A stretch of DNA of 64,000 bases from Minisyncoccota bacterium (GCA_041661005.1 JBAZVG010000001.1:295544-359543), one strand, 5' to 3'; shown: positions 29,486 to 38,710, numbered from the stretch's first letter. The notes: generated from the letters alone by a model not told the origin. Made by a program: numbers and translations.

Positions 29486-29652
29486 GTTGGTGATGGTTTC
29501 CTTCAGTTGGTTGTTTGCCTGCTGGGTGCCTCTCCGCTTCCGTGTGAGTGGGGAGGCACCCAAATTTCAATCTTCCGCATGGAAGATATCTGGCGCCTAA
29601 AAACGCCAAAAGATGTCCTCGAGAATCTGATTCCCGGGGCATTTTCATTTTT
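29486..29652 (+). ncRNA. Putative structured small RNA, allele A (unknown class)
   Basis: Four hairpins (29523-62, 29570-87, 29591-608, 29613-42) then a U-rich tail; same layout as 31212-31377. Confidence 0.55.
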
Positions 29653-29718
29653 AGGAGACAATCTCTATTCTAGATTCTTAGTTTTCTGCACGCTTAAGGA
29701 CGTTTATGAAATCGTGTC

Positions 29719-30030
29719 TCATAATTTTCCCAATGCTTTCCATATATCATCTTCAGAAATACCATTATTTTTTCCATATCTCAAAATATTTTTAAAAATA
29801 GTTTTATTTGCCTCCTTATATAAATTTGGCATTACTGTCGAAATCAAACTTTTAGAGTCATTAGGATTAGTATTTTTCGGATCTCTCAATGAGAGATAAT
29901 GAGATGTTCCGCTCTTGCTTCTTGATATAGTCAAATTAAGTTTGTCTGCTGTTCGTATCCAATCCAACTGGCTAATATTTTTTAATCCATTAGCAAACAA
30001 ATCTTTTCTAAGAATATCGTCGTTAGCCAT
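29719..30030 (-). CDS. HicA-like toxin
   Basis: Small basic protein with SGTSHY motif resembling the HicA GSH motif; directly downstream of a HicB-like gene. Confidence 0.55.
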   Translation of the reverse strand: MANDDILRKDLFANGLKNISQLDWIRTADKLNLTISRSKSGTSHYLSLRDPKNTNPNDSKSLISTVMPNLYKEANKTIFKNILRYGKNNGISEDDIWKALGKL

Positions 30031-30034
30031 ATAT

Positions 30035-30346
30035 TTAACATAGACTGTATTCTATTTTTATTGGACTTTTGATGTTTTCGAATTTAACATTGAAAGCAGA
30101 ATAAATAGCTTCACGGAGTTCAGAGTCAATCTCTAACTGAGAAGGATTAGGATTAGTATTACCGGCTATTAAGCCTTCCACTTCTAGACAAGTAGCAACC
30201 CACCCATCTTCATGTCTTTGCACACTAAAAGTCAGGCTACCAATTTTTTGTATTTGAGAAATTACCCTATTCCTTTCTTCTAGGGAAACATTGGGATTAT
30301 TCCCAAAAACATCAGCATATTTTTTTTCTTTATCCATAGTATTCAT
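30035..30346 (-). CDS. HicB-like antitoxin
   Basis: VQRHEDGWVATCLEVEGLIAG...ELREAI pattern typical of the HicB N-terminal domain. Confidence 0.6.
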   Translation of the reverse strand: MNTMDKEKKYADVFGNNPNVSLEERNRVISQIQKIGSLTFSVQRHEDGWVATCLEVEGLIAGNTNPNPSQLEIDSELREAIYSAFNVKFENIKSPIKIEYSLC

Positions 30347-30420
30347 TATAACACAGCACGATATAAAATCGTGTTACACATCTATATTCCTTATACTACT
30401 TATTTTTCACTTATTGTCAA

Positions 30421-30630
30421 TTAAAGACCGTTACGGTGTAAACAGCTTTCATATTTATCTTTATTAAAATTAATACCAGGAGAGTATCTTTCTAAGGCAG
30501 ATAATCCCGTTAGATTTCCTCCTGCACATTCTTTTCTGATATTATTTGGTCTGTATTCATACCAATAAAAGAGGAATCCTGCTATCACTACAAGAACAGA
30601 AATTATTAAAATAATATAATTTTTTTTCAT
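30421..30630 (-). CDS. Small membrane-anchored hypothetical protein
   Basis: TM then FYWYEYRP..IRKEC...YESCL..NGL. Confidence 0.7.
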   Translation of the reverse strand: MKKNYIILIISVLVVIAGFLFYWYEYRPNNIRKECAGGNLTGLSALERYSPGINFNKDKYESCLHRNGL

Positions 30631-30656
30631 ATATTTTATATAATATTATAATGTTA

Positions 30657-31127
30657 TTAAAAACCTAAAAGCTCCCATATAAACTTAGCAATTGTAGTTA
30701 AAACCACACCTATAATAAATGGATAAAACCATGGGGTGTCTTCATAAGCATAAGTAATAAAATAGACCCATCTGTTTATAAAACTACCATTTACTAATTT
30801 TCTACCTCTAAGTCCAAGGCGCAACACATCTTGTTTGTAGCCAAAAACATCAACTATTGCGGTTTCTAAGTAATCATCTTTTTTGGCATCTTTTATCTCG
30901 TCAAAAAGCTTAATTTCACTATCACTGGCAAAACTTTTTTGCTGTTGAAGATACTTTACAAACTCTTTCTGTTCTCCATTTAAGATACCCAGACGAAGCC
31001 CTTGATGACTTTCCCTTTGATAAGCATCTAAAGATCTAGTCTCAATATATCTATTAAGATAACAACATATTTTAGTTATTCTTATCATTTGCTTTATTTT
31101 ATCATATATTTTTGTTTTCATAGTCAT
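30657..31127 (-). CDS. Hypothetical protein with C-terminal TM
   Basis: 156-aa ORF. Confidence 0.65.
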   Translation of the reverse strand: MTMKTKIYDKIKQMIRITKICCYLNRYIETRSLDAYQRESHQGLRLGILNGEQKEFVKYLQQQKSFASDSEIKLFDEIKDAKKDDYLETAIVDVFGYKQDVLRLGLRGRKLVNGSFINRWVYFITYAYEDTPWFYPFIIGVVLTTIAKFIWELLGF

Positions 31128-31211
31128 TTTCGTTAATTTTTAATTATGTTATGAGGGGTTAGGTGTGGATAACTTTTGGACTTTGGTTGTCGAAAGTTTT
31201 ACAATATGGAG

Positions 31212-31377
31212 GTTCCCTTCCGGGTAGTGGTTGTGTTCCCCGAGGAGGCCCCCTCGCACCACCGAGCGCACGGTGCGAGGGGGCGAAGTAGTAGCTCTTT
31301 TGTGTCTATACACATCGGTGTCGGAAGACACCAAAAAGCGGTCCCAGAATCTTTGATTCCGGGGCCTTTGCATTTTT
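31212..31377 (+). ncRNA. Putative structured small RNA, allele B (unknown class)
   Basis: Hairpins 31248-84, 31301-14, 31317-32 and 31340-66 then U-rich tail; preceded by the same promoter as copy A. Confidence 0.55.
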
Positions 31378-31389
31378 AGGAGACAATCT

Positions 31390-32862
31390 CTATTCTAGAT
31401 TCTTTGGTTTCATAGTCGGGAAAAATATAATTTCTTTTATATTTTGCGTATCAGTCAAGAACATCACGAGACGGTCAATCCCTATGCCGACTCCCCCCGC
31501 CGGAGGCATGCCATATTCCATCGCTTCTAGAAAATCTTCGTCTTTCCTCTGAGCATCTGTCTCGCCACTTTTTTTATTTTCTTCCTGTTCTTCAAAACGC
31601 GCCCGTTGATCGAGCGGATCATTTAATTCAGAAAACGCTTTGACTAACTCCACACCGCCGACGACTAGCTGAAAGGCTTCAACAAATTTAGGATTTTTTA
31701 TTTTTCGTTTTGCTAAAGGCAAATATTCCGCTGGATAATCGATAATGAAAGTTGGATTAATCAATTTCGGACGGCAAAGCTTTTTATAAATTCCATCTAA
31801 AAGTTTGGGCACAGAATCTTCTTTGTTTACAACTATGCCACATTTTTCCGCCTGAATTTTTAAATCTTCTTTAGAAATAGATTCCGCGTCAATACCGCCA
31901 TATTCTTTCAATAAATCAAAGTAGGAAAATACGGAGAATTTTTTGGAAAAATCTATATTTTGATTATTATAAGTTATTGAATCGCTTTGCTTTATTTTTT
32001 TAACTAAAATCTTAAAAATTTTCTCCACAAAAGCCATCTGTTTGTCTGCATCACTGAAACTTTCATAAAATTCAATCATGGTGAATTCAGGATTGTGGGT
32101 CATATCAATTCCCTCATTTCTAAAGTCTCGAGCAATTTCATAAATTTTCGGAAAACCAGCGACAAGCATTCGTTTTAAATAAAGTTCATCGGAAATTCTC
32201 AGATACATTTTCATATTGAGCGCCTTATGTTCTGTGACAAATGGTTCTGCCGTAGCCCCGCCATACAGAGGCTGAAGAGCTGGAGTCTCAACTTCCAAAT
32301 ATCCGTTTTCATCAAAGATTCTTCGCAATTCAGTGATGATTTTAGAACGAGTGAAAAATCTTTCTTTGACTTCGGCAGACATCAGAGCATCTAAATATCT
32401 TTTTCGAAATCTTTCTTCCACGTCCACTAGGCCATGCCACTTTTCCGGCAATGGTCGGAGACTTTTGGAAAGCATCCGCCAATCTTTCGCTTCCAACGTC
32501 TTCTCTCCCCTTTTGGTGGTAAAAAAAGCGCCTTGGATTTCTATAAAATCTCCTATGTCCACCACTTCGCTAAAGAAATTAAATTTCTCATCGGCCAAGA
32601 CATCTCTTTTGAGTAAACCCTGAAAAGTCCCAGTGCCATCATCTAACGTTATGAAGACAATAGCCCCCTGCCCGCGGATCGACATTACTCTTCCGGCGAT
32701 CCATTTAGTCTTTTTTTCTTTTGATAAATTATCAAAATCCTCCGTCGCGTCTTTTAGAGTTAGTTCTCTTTCTGAATTTGCCGGATACGGGTTCACACCC
32801 TTTTCCTCTAAGAGTTTAAGTTTTTTTAACCTAGCATCTCTAATTTCATCAATTGAAGACAT
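31390..32862 (-). CDS. lysS: Lysine--tRNA ligase (class II)
   Basis: OB fold, LEVETP, GGATAEPF, FRNEG, HNPEFT, YGMPPAGGVGIGIDR. Confidence 0.98.
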   Translation of the reverse strand: MSSIDEIRDARLKKLKLLEEKGVNPYPANSERELTLKDATEDFDNLSKEKKTKWIAGRVMSIRGQGAIVFITLDDGTGTFQGLLKRDVLADEKFNFFSEVVDIGDFIEIQGAFFTTKRGEKTLEAKDWRMLSKSLRPLPEKWHGLVDVEERFRKRYLDALMSAEVKERFFTRSKIITELRRIFDENGYLEVETPALQPLYGGATAEPFVTEHKALNMKMYLRISDELYLKRMLVAGFPKIYEIARDFRNEGIDMTHNPEFTMIEFYESFSDADKQMAFVEKIFKILVKKIKQSDSITYNNQNIDFSKKFSVFSYFDLLKEYGGIDAESISKEDLKIQAEKCGIVVNKEDSVPKLLDGIYKKLCRPKLINPTFIIDYPAEYLPLAKRKIKNPKFVEAFQLVVGGVELVKAFSELNDPLDQRARFEEQEENKKSGETDAQRKDEDFLEAMEYGMPPAGGVGIGIDRLVMFLTDTQNIKEIIFFPTMKPKNLE

Positions 32863-32882
32863 TTTTAATTTTTAGACACCGA

Positions 32883-33350
32883 CTAAGACACGCTAATTAT
32901 TTTGTAATTAACTGATCCGCTTGGAATTTTGAACGACACATCCTCGTCTTTTTTCTTACCCAAGAGCGCCTCGCCAAAAGGCGATTTATTGGAGATCTTA
33001 CCTTTTGCCATATCCGCTTCTTCAGATCCGACTATGGTATAGATTATATTTTCTTTCTTGCCTTCTTTTTGCACAACTACTTTTGAGCCGACTTCAACTA
33101 CGTCCCCTCCGTGCCTAGAAAAGGTTTCCGAGGATTGCAAAATTTGTTCTATCTTTGCAATACGTTCCTCGAGCTTGCCCTGATCCTCGCGAGTCTGATG
33201 GTATTCTGCATTCTCAGACAAATCGCCTAATGATTTTGCATACTCCAAAGAAGCCAAAATCTCTTTCCTTTTTGGCCCCCTTAAATTCTCCAATTCCTTT
33301 TTCAATTCCTTCCTTTTTTCTTCAGTTATATAATTGGTCGCTTGATTCAT
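32883..33350 (-). CDS. greA: Transcription elongation factor GreA
   Basis: GDLSENAEY, IVGSEEAD, ISNKSPFGEALLG; ATG at 33350. Confidence 0.95.
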   Translation of the reverse strand: MNQATNYITEEKRKELKKELENLRGPKRKEILASLEYAKSLGDLSENAEYHQTREDQGKLEERIAKIEQILQSSETFSRHGGDVVEVGSKVVVQKEGKKENIIYTIVGSEEADMAKGKISNKSPFGEALLGKKKDEDVSFKIPSGSVNYKIISVS

Positions 33351-33392
33351 AGTTTTTATCTTATATTTTTTTAACAAAAGAGTCAATTTAAA

Positions 33393-33424
33393 AACCAGCG
33401 GGGACCTCTCGGTGCCCGCTGGTT
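33393..33424 (-). terminator. Intrinsic terminator of the small ORF 33446-33616
   Basis: AACCAGCGGG...CCCGCTGGTT hairpin with T-run on the minus strand. Confidence 0.7.
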
Positions 33425-33445
33425 CTGTAAGATGAGATTGAGGAC

Positions 33446-33616
33446 TCAACTCAATGTCCTCCTTGAACAAGACATGTTTTTGGAACAGGAAGGGCATGAA
33501 TGAAAGCCCCTCTCGTCCTCACACCCATTGGGAGCATGGTACGCCTCCCATGCAACCCAGACGAGACCACAGACACCACAGACACAACAGACGACCACAA
33601 AGGTAGTAATAATCAT
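33446..33616 (-). CDS. 56-aa small membrane protein missed by the ORF track
   Basis: MIITTFVVVCCVCGVCGLVWVAWEAYHAPNGCEDERGFHSCPSCSKNMSCSRRTLS; lies between a consensus promoter and a terminator. Confidence 0.55.
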   Translation of the reverse strand: MIITTFVVVCCVCGVCGLVWVAWEAYHAPNGCEDERGFHSCPSCSKNMSCSRRTLS

Positions 33617-33758
33617 AGTGTTGTTTCGGGTTGCTACAGTGACGGAAGTGTCACCATAGTTTTTAATTTACAAAAATTTATTTTATAAACTAAAAACTAT
33701 GGTGAACACTCAATCAAGCAAATACACGTCAAACCATAAAAAGAACCATACCCATATA

Positions 33759-33787
33759 TTATACGCCTAATGGATATCCTCGTCAAT
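33759..33787 (-). promoter_or_regulatory. Near-consensus sigma70 promoter
   Basis: TTGACG-17 nt-TATAAT. Confidence 0.75.
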
Positions 33788-33832
33788 ACCGTAAAATTTT
33801 GCTAAAAATCTTTTTTATGATAGTCTGTGACT

Positions 33833-34066
33833 ATGGCTAAAACAGTAATAGAAATAAAGAAAAATCCAAATGAAAACAATTCGAGCATCTTGCGTCGCTT
33901 TTCGCGCAGAGTCCAAGAATCAGGCATAATTCGAAAAGTAAAAGGCGCCCGATATAACGTGCGAAAAGAATCAAAACTTAAAATAAAAAAGAGCGCGCTG
34001 AAGAGGATGGCCCGCAGGATAGAAATAGAGCATTTGAAAAAACTCGGCAAAATGGTGACTAAATAA
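33833..34066 (+). CDS. rpsU: 30S ribosomal protein S21 (CPR type)
   Basis: IKKNPNENNSSILRRFSRRVQESGI; highly basic. Confidence 0.8.
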   Translation: MAKTVIEIKKNPNENNSSILRRFSRRVQESGIIRKVKGARYNVRKESKLKIKKSALKRMARRIEIEHLKKLGKMVTK

Positions 34067-34068
34067 AC

Positions 34069-34422
34069 ATGCGTTTCGAAAGTAAAATAAAACACCTAAA
34101 AAAAGATATTTTAGGTAAAAAATACTCCTTATCGATAGCCTACGTAACCCCAAAAAAATCTAGAGAACTAAATAAACAATACAGAAAAAAAGACAAAGCG
34201 ACGAATGTGCTTTCTTTTTCTTTGCGTAAAAATGAGGGCGAACTCGTATTGTGTAAAACTGTAATAAAAAAGGAGGCAAGAAATTCTGATCGAACTTTCG
34301 AAGAATGGCTCGAATTCTTAGTTATCCACGGAATGCTCCATTTGAAAGGCTTTGAACATGGTAAAAAGATGGAGAAAATGGAAAAAAAATACTTGTCCCA
34401 TACTAAATTTTTTATTAAGTGA
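34069..34422 (+). CDS. ybeY: rRNA maturation RNase YbeY
   Basis: LNKQYRKKDKATNVLSF and HGMLHLKGFEH motifs. Confidence 0.93.
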   Translation: MRFESKIKHLKKDILGKKYSLSIAYVTPKKSRELNKQYRKKDKATNVLSFSLRKNEGELVLCKTVIKKEARNSDRTFEEWLEFLVIHGMLHLKGFEHGKKMEKMEKKYLSHTKFFIK

Positions 34423-34461
34423 TATAATATAGATATTAAAAATTAAAATTTTAGTATCTGG

Positions 34462-35625
34462 ATGATAAGAAATATTTCAGTCGGCATAGACGTAGGGTCC
34501 TTGATGACGAGGATCGTAGTGGGAGAATTCTTCAAAGGAGAAAAAAATCCTAAAATTATTGGCGTGGGTGAAAGCGAAACATTCGGCGTGAAGCACGGAT
34601 ACATCGTCGACCCTGCCCAAGCAATAATTTCAGTAAAAAATGCAGTAGAGATGGCTGAAAAAACTGCCAACATAAAAATAAAACGCGCATTTATTTCAGT
34701 CGGCGGTGTAAGCCTGCGTGGAGAATGGAGCTCTGGCTCGACTATCATATCCAAGGCCGATGGCGAAGTGACAAATTTGGATATAAATAAAGCATTGCAA
34801 GACTGCGAAGATAATCTGAATTTAAACAACAAGAAAATCATCCAATTGTTCCATATTTCTTCTAGACTGGATGGAAAAGAAGTATTGGGACGTTTGGAGG
34901 GCATGCGCGGAACAAAGCTTGAAGTAAAAGCCTTTTTTGTAACTTATTCAATGCAACATTTGGAAGATTTGATAGAAGTCATGGCGCAAGCCGGGGTGGA
35001 AACCATAGACGTCATCGCCTCGCCTATAGCTATCGGGCAGATTGCTCTGTCGGAAAAACAAAAAATTGCGGGGGTTGGTCTGGTGAATATAGGTCATCAG
35101 ACGACATCGCTTTCTGTTTTTGAAAATGGATTGCCAGTTGCAATTCACACTTTCTCCATTGGTTCGACAGACATCACGAATGACATTGCGCTCGGATTCA
35201 GGATTCCCCTCGAGACAGCCGAACTTTTTAAACAAGGAAACATCGAGGAAAACTTTTCAAGAAAAAAATTAGATGAAATTATCGAAGCGCGCCTCTCGGA
35301 TATTTTTGAATTGATAGAAAATCATTTAAAAAAAATCAAACGCAACGGACTCCTGCCAGCAGGCATAATATTTGTGGGAGGAGGAGGAAATACGCCCGGA
35401 CTTCTCGAACTTTCGAAATCCATATTGAAACTCCCCGCAAGTCTTGGAGCAACCGATATTTTTGGAAATTTAAAGACCAAACTCCGCGATTCAACATGGT
35501 TTACAGTCCTCGGCTTGATAATTTCCGGTAGAGACAACAATGGTTACTCTGAAGGTTCATTCAAAAATTTGTTAAAAGATCTTAAAAACACAGTAAAATC
35601 AAGCATAAAACAACTAATGCCATAA
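34462..35625 (+). CDS. ftsA: Cell division protein FtsA
   Basis: GIDVGS, actin-like fold motifs, VGGGG; upstream of ftsZ. Confidence 0.93.
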   Translation: MIRNISVGIDVGSLMTRIVVGEFFKGEKNPKIIGVGESETFGVKHGYIVDPAQAIISVKNAVEMAEKTANIKIKRAFISVGGVSLRGEWSSGSTIISKADGEVTNLDINKALQDCEDNLNLNNKKIIQLFHISSRLDGKEVLGRLEGMRGTKLEVKAFFVTYSMQHLEDLIEVMAQAGVETIDVIASPIAIGQIALSEKQKIAGVGLVNIGHQTTSLSVFENGLPVAIHTFSIGSTDITNDIALGFRIPLETAELFKQGNIEENFSRKKLDEIIEARLSDIFELIENHLKKIKRNGLLPAGIIFVGGGGNTPGLLELSKSILKLPASLGATDIFGNLKTKLRDSTWFTVLGLIISGRDNNGYSEGSFKNLLKDLKNTVKSSIKQLMP

Positions 35626-35630
35626 AGAAT

Positions 35631-35682
35631 TAGGTGCTAGGTGCTAGTGACTAGAAACTAGAACCTAAATTACTAGAACCTA
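35631..35682. repeat. Degenerate heptamer tandem repeat with CTAG core
   Basis: TAGGTGC-TAGGTGC-TAGTGAC-TAGAAAC-TAGAACC-TAAATTAC-TAGAACC. Confidence 0.65.
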
Positions 35683-35752
35683 ATTATTTGCTTTTTTCTG
35701 TTTCGGTGGTAGTATGTTTTTATACAAGTTAAATTATCAATAAGCTAAAATT

Positions 35753-36982
35753 ATGCCAAAAATAAATCAAGCAATAGAGAGTTTCGCTCGCATCATGGTT
35801 ATCGGAGTAGGAGGATCTGGGAAAAATGCCATCAACCACATGATAACTTCCAAAGTAAAAGGAGTCTCTTTCATTTGCATGAATACTGACACACAGGACT
35901 TGCATCATTCTTTGGCAGAGAAGAAAATCCACATAGGAAAAAATCTTACCAAAGGTCTCGGCGCTGGAATGGATCCGGAGGTTGGAAGAAAGGCCGCTGA
36001 AGAAACAAAATCAGAAATCCAAGACGTAATCAAAGGCGCAGACATGATCTTCATCGCCTGCGGAATGGGCGGAGGCACTGGCACTGGCGCCGCTCCTACC
36101 GTCGCTCGCGCAGCCAAGGAACAAGGCATACTCACTGTGGCTGTTGTCACCAAACCTTTCTTTTTTGAAGGCAATCACAGGATGAAAATAGCTGAAAAAG
36201 GAATAGAAGAATTATCTAAAGAAGTAGACGCAATTATTATAATTCCAAACGACAAATTACTTCAATTATCCGATAAAAACACCAATTTTAAAGACGCTTT
36301 CAGTAGTTGCGACAATGTCTTACGTCAAGCCGTAGAAGGCATATCAGACCTTATCACCACTCCCGGCATCATCAATGTCGACTTTGCAGATATAAAAGCC
36401 GTTATGAGAGATGCTGGTAGCGCTTTGATGGGCATCGGCACTTCGTCAGGTGAAAAGCGCGCTGAAAAAGCCGCCTTGGCAGCAATCAACTCCCCACTTC
36501 TCGAGGTTTCGATTCATGGCGCCAAAGGGGTACTCTTTGCAATTTCCGGCGGAGACGATTTGACTATTCATGAAATCCAAGAAGCAGCTAAAATAATCAC
36601 GGAGTCAATCGACAAAGATGCGAAAGTTATCTTCGGCACGATTCGCGATGAAAATCTAAAAAAAGGAGAATTGAAAGTTACAGTTATTGCAACCAACTTC
36701 CCTGCCGATATGCCTCGCAAGAATCTCTTTAGCGGAACTGGAGCAGCCAGCCAGACAGCGGGCCAAACATTGCTTAAGGAAGAAAATGTTGCCTTAGCAA
36801 AAAAAGAAATAAGCAGTAGCATAAATAGCATGAAAAGCGGAAACATAAACAACACCATTGGCAGTAATGATTTCATAAAAAAGACAGAAATCAAAAAAAC
36901 AGAACCTATAAAAGATATAATTATAGAAGACGACACAGATGACTGGAGCGCTGTGCCAGCATTTCTAAGACGCAAGAAATAA
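35753..36982 (+). CDS. ftsZ: Cell division protein FtsZ
   Basis: GMGGGTGTG signature, NVDFAD, C-terminal VPAFLRR. Confidence 0.99.
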   Translation: MPKINQAIESFARIMVIGVGGSGKNAINHMITSKVKGVSFICMNTDTQDLHHSLAEKKIHIGKNLTKGLGAGMDPEVGRKAAEETKSEIQDVIKGADMIFIACGMGGGTGTGAAPTVARAAKEQGILTVAVVTKPFFFEGNHRMKIAEKGIEELSKEVDAIIIIPNDKLLQLSDKNTNFKDAFSSCDNVLRQAVEGISDLITTPGIINVDFADIKAVMRDAGSALMGIGTSSGEKRAEKAALAAINSPLLEVSIHGAKGVLFAISGGDDLTIHEIQEAAKIITESIDKDAKVIFGTIRDENLKKGELKVTVIATNFPADMPRKNLFSGTGAASQTAGQTLLKEENVALAKKEISSSINSMKSGNINNTIGSNDFIKKTEIKKTEPIKDIIIEDDTDDWSAVPAFLRRKK

Positions 36983-37126
36983 ATATAAAAAAGAAAGACC
37001 TCGTGAGAAGCAAGCTTCCACGAGGTCGACGAACCTCGTGGTTCGCACTTGCCTGCTAGGCAAGATTTGATTTGTTATCAGCCCTCCCCTCCGCGCCCGG
37101 AATGGCGCGGAGGGGTCGAGACCCTC

Positions 37127-37504
37127 TCAGTCGGCATGCAGCGGAAGATGTCGATGACCGTCATCTGTAGTTTCTGGTGGAAGCGAGGGTAGAAAACCCT
37201 CATAATAATGACAGTCATCCAGAAAGAGATGTGCGGGCACCACCACCTCACCGGGCGAACCGATGAAAGGATGCACCGCCAACGCTTCCTCTTCGAGAGG
37301 GATACCCCTGCTGGCGAAGTTCGCCAAAACCGTGCAGTAATCTTCCTCTTGTTTCATCCTCTCAAAAACCCTCTTGGCATTCCTGCCGAGGGCAGTGATG
37401 AATCGCATGAACGCTTCCTGGGATCCTTCTGGTATTTCCGTGGCCTTGTGTGCCATATATTGATTGCCTTTCCGACTACTAACTGACGTTGTTTTTCTGG
37501 GCAT
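37127..37504 (-). CDS. Orphan GC-rich hypothetical protein
   Basis: 125 aa; promoter TTGACA-17-TATAGT at 37668-37696, structured leader, hairpin CCCTCCGCGCC/GGCGCGGAGGG at 37087-37114. Confidence 0.6.
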   Translation of the reverse strand: MPRKTTSVSSRKGNQYMAHKATEIPEGSQEAFMRFITALGRNAKRVFERMKQEEDYCTVLANFASRGIPLEEEALAVHPFIGSPGEVVVPAHLFLDDCHYYEGFLPSLPPETTDDGHRHLPLHAD

Positions 37505-37732
37505 ACGATCCCAAGTAATTTACGTCTCAACTCTAAAAAGAGACGAGCCCATTATTTCCAAAGTGGCTCAAAATTTACCTATCAAAACTTTAGCTACAGT
37601 GGGCTCGTCTCTTTTAAAATTTTTTGGATGACTCTTTATCGAAGAACTTTAAAAATAACTCCTTCATACTATAAAAAATAAACAAGTTCCTGTCAAGGTA
37701 AAAAGCTTGACGTCTAGTGTACAATATAAGCT

Positions 37733-38686
37733 ATGATTTACGATTTAATAATTATCGGGGGCGGGCCTGCTGGCGCGGCGGCGGCTGTGTATGCCTCTCG
37801 TAAAAGACTGCAGACGCTTTTTATAACTGCCGAATGGGGTGGGCAGTCTGTTGTGTCTGAAAAAATTTATAACTGGATAGGAACAACATCCCTTTCAGGC
37901 AATGAGCTTGCAGAAAATTTTAAAAAACATGTGCTCGCTAATTCAGGATCAAATCAAACTCTAGAAACGAAAGAGGGTGAAAAAGTAACTGCTATATTAA
38001 AAAACGAAGACCCACGCCAAGGCGGGGTAAATCTTTTTGAAATCAAAACTGAGTCAAATGAAACTTTTTTAACTAAAACAATTTTGATAACTAGCGGTAG
38101 TGGCAGAAGAAAACTTGTTGCAAAAAATGCAGACAGGCTCGAACACAAGGGATTGACATATTGCGCCTCTTGCGACGGACCGCTCTTTGAAGGGCTTGAT
38201 GTTGTTGTCATCGGCGGAGGCAATGCTGGTTTTGAAAGCGCCGCGCAACTCCTCGCTTATTGCAAATCTGTAACACTTCTACACCGCAGTGAGAATTTCC
38301 GCGCAGACGAAGTTACAGTCGAAAAAGTTTTAGCAAATCCGAAAATGAAAGCAGTTAAAAATGTAGATATTTTAGAAGTAAAAGGCGACAAGTTTGTAGA
38401 AGGCATAGTTTATAAAGATAAAATTACCGGCAAATTAACAGAGCTTGCAACTTCTGGAATCTTTATTGAAATAGGTCAGATTCCCAACACTGATTTTGCA
38501 AAGGAATTGGTGCCTTTAGACGAGATAGGCAGAATAAAAATCGACGCCTGGACACAAAAAACAGAAATTCCCGGCATTTGGGCCGCCGGAGATTGCACAA
38601 ATGTCCTATACCATCAAAACAATATCGCGGCTGGCGACGCTGTCCGCGCGCTTGAAGACATTTATCTTCACTTGCATACAAAATAG
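37733..38686 (+). CDS. trxB: Thioredoxin reductase-like FAD oxidoreductase
   Basis: GGGPAG, CASCD redox motif, GGGNAG, AAGDC. Confidence 0.88.
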   Translation: MIYDLIIIGGGPAGAAAAVYASRKRLQTLFITAEWGGQSVVSEKIYNWIGTTSLSGNELAENFKKHVLANSGSNQTLETKEGEKVTAILKNEDPRQGGVNLFEIKTESNETFLTKTILITSGSGRRKLVAKNADRLEHKGLTYCASCDGPLFEGLDVVVIGGGNAGFESAAQLLAYCKSVTLLHRSENFRADEVTVEKVLANPKMKAVKNVDILEVKGDKFVEGIVYKDKITGKLTELATSGIFIEIGQIPNTDFAKELVPLDEIGRIKIDAWTQKTEIPGIWAAGDCTNVLYHQNNIAAGDAVRALEDIYLHLHTK

Positions 38687-38710
38687 AATAATTTTTACTA
38701 CTAGTTAGCA

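Larger units (their letters stand above)
29680..31404. mobile_element. Small island at the lysS 3' end bounded by direct repeats
   Basis: CATTTTTAGGAGACAATCTCTATTCTAGATTCTT at 29646-29679 and 31371-31404 includes the lysS stop and last codons; AT-rich cargo. Confidence 0.7.

Noticed and set aside
29298-29899. ORFs 29298-29648 and 29438-29899 (and 31149-31379) as proteins
   Set aside because: They overlap mraZ, the hicA-like gene or promoter elements, and the duplicated region conserves hairpins rather than codons.
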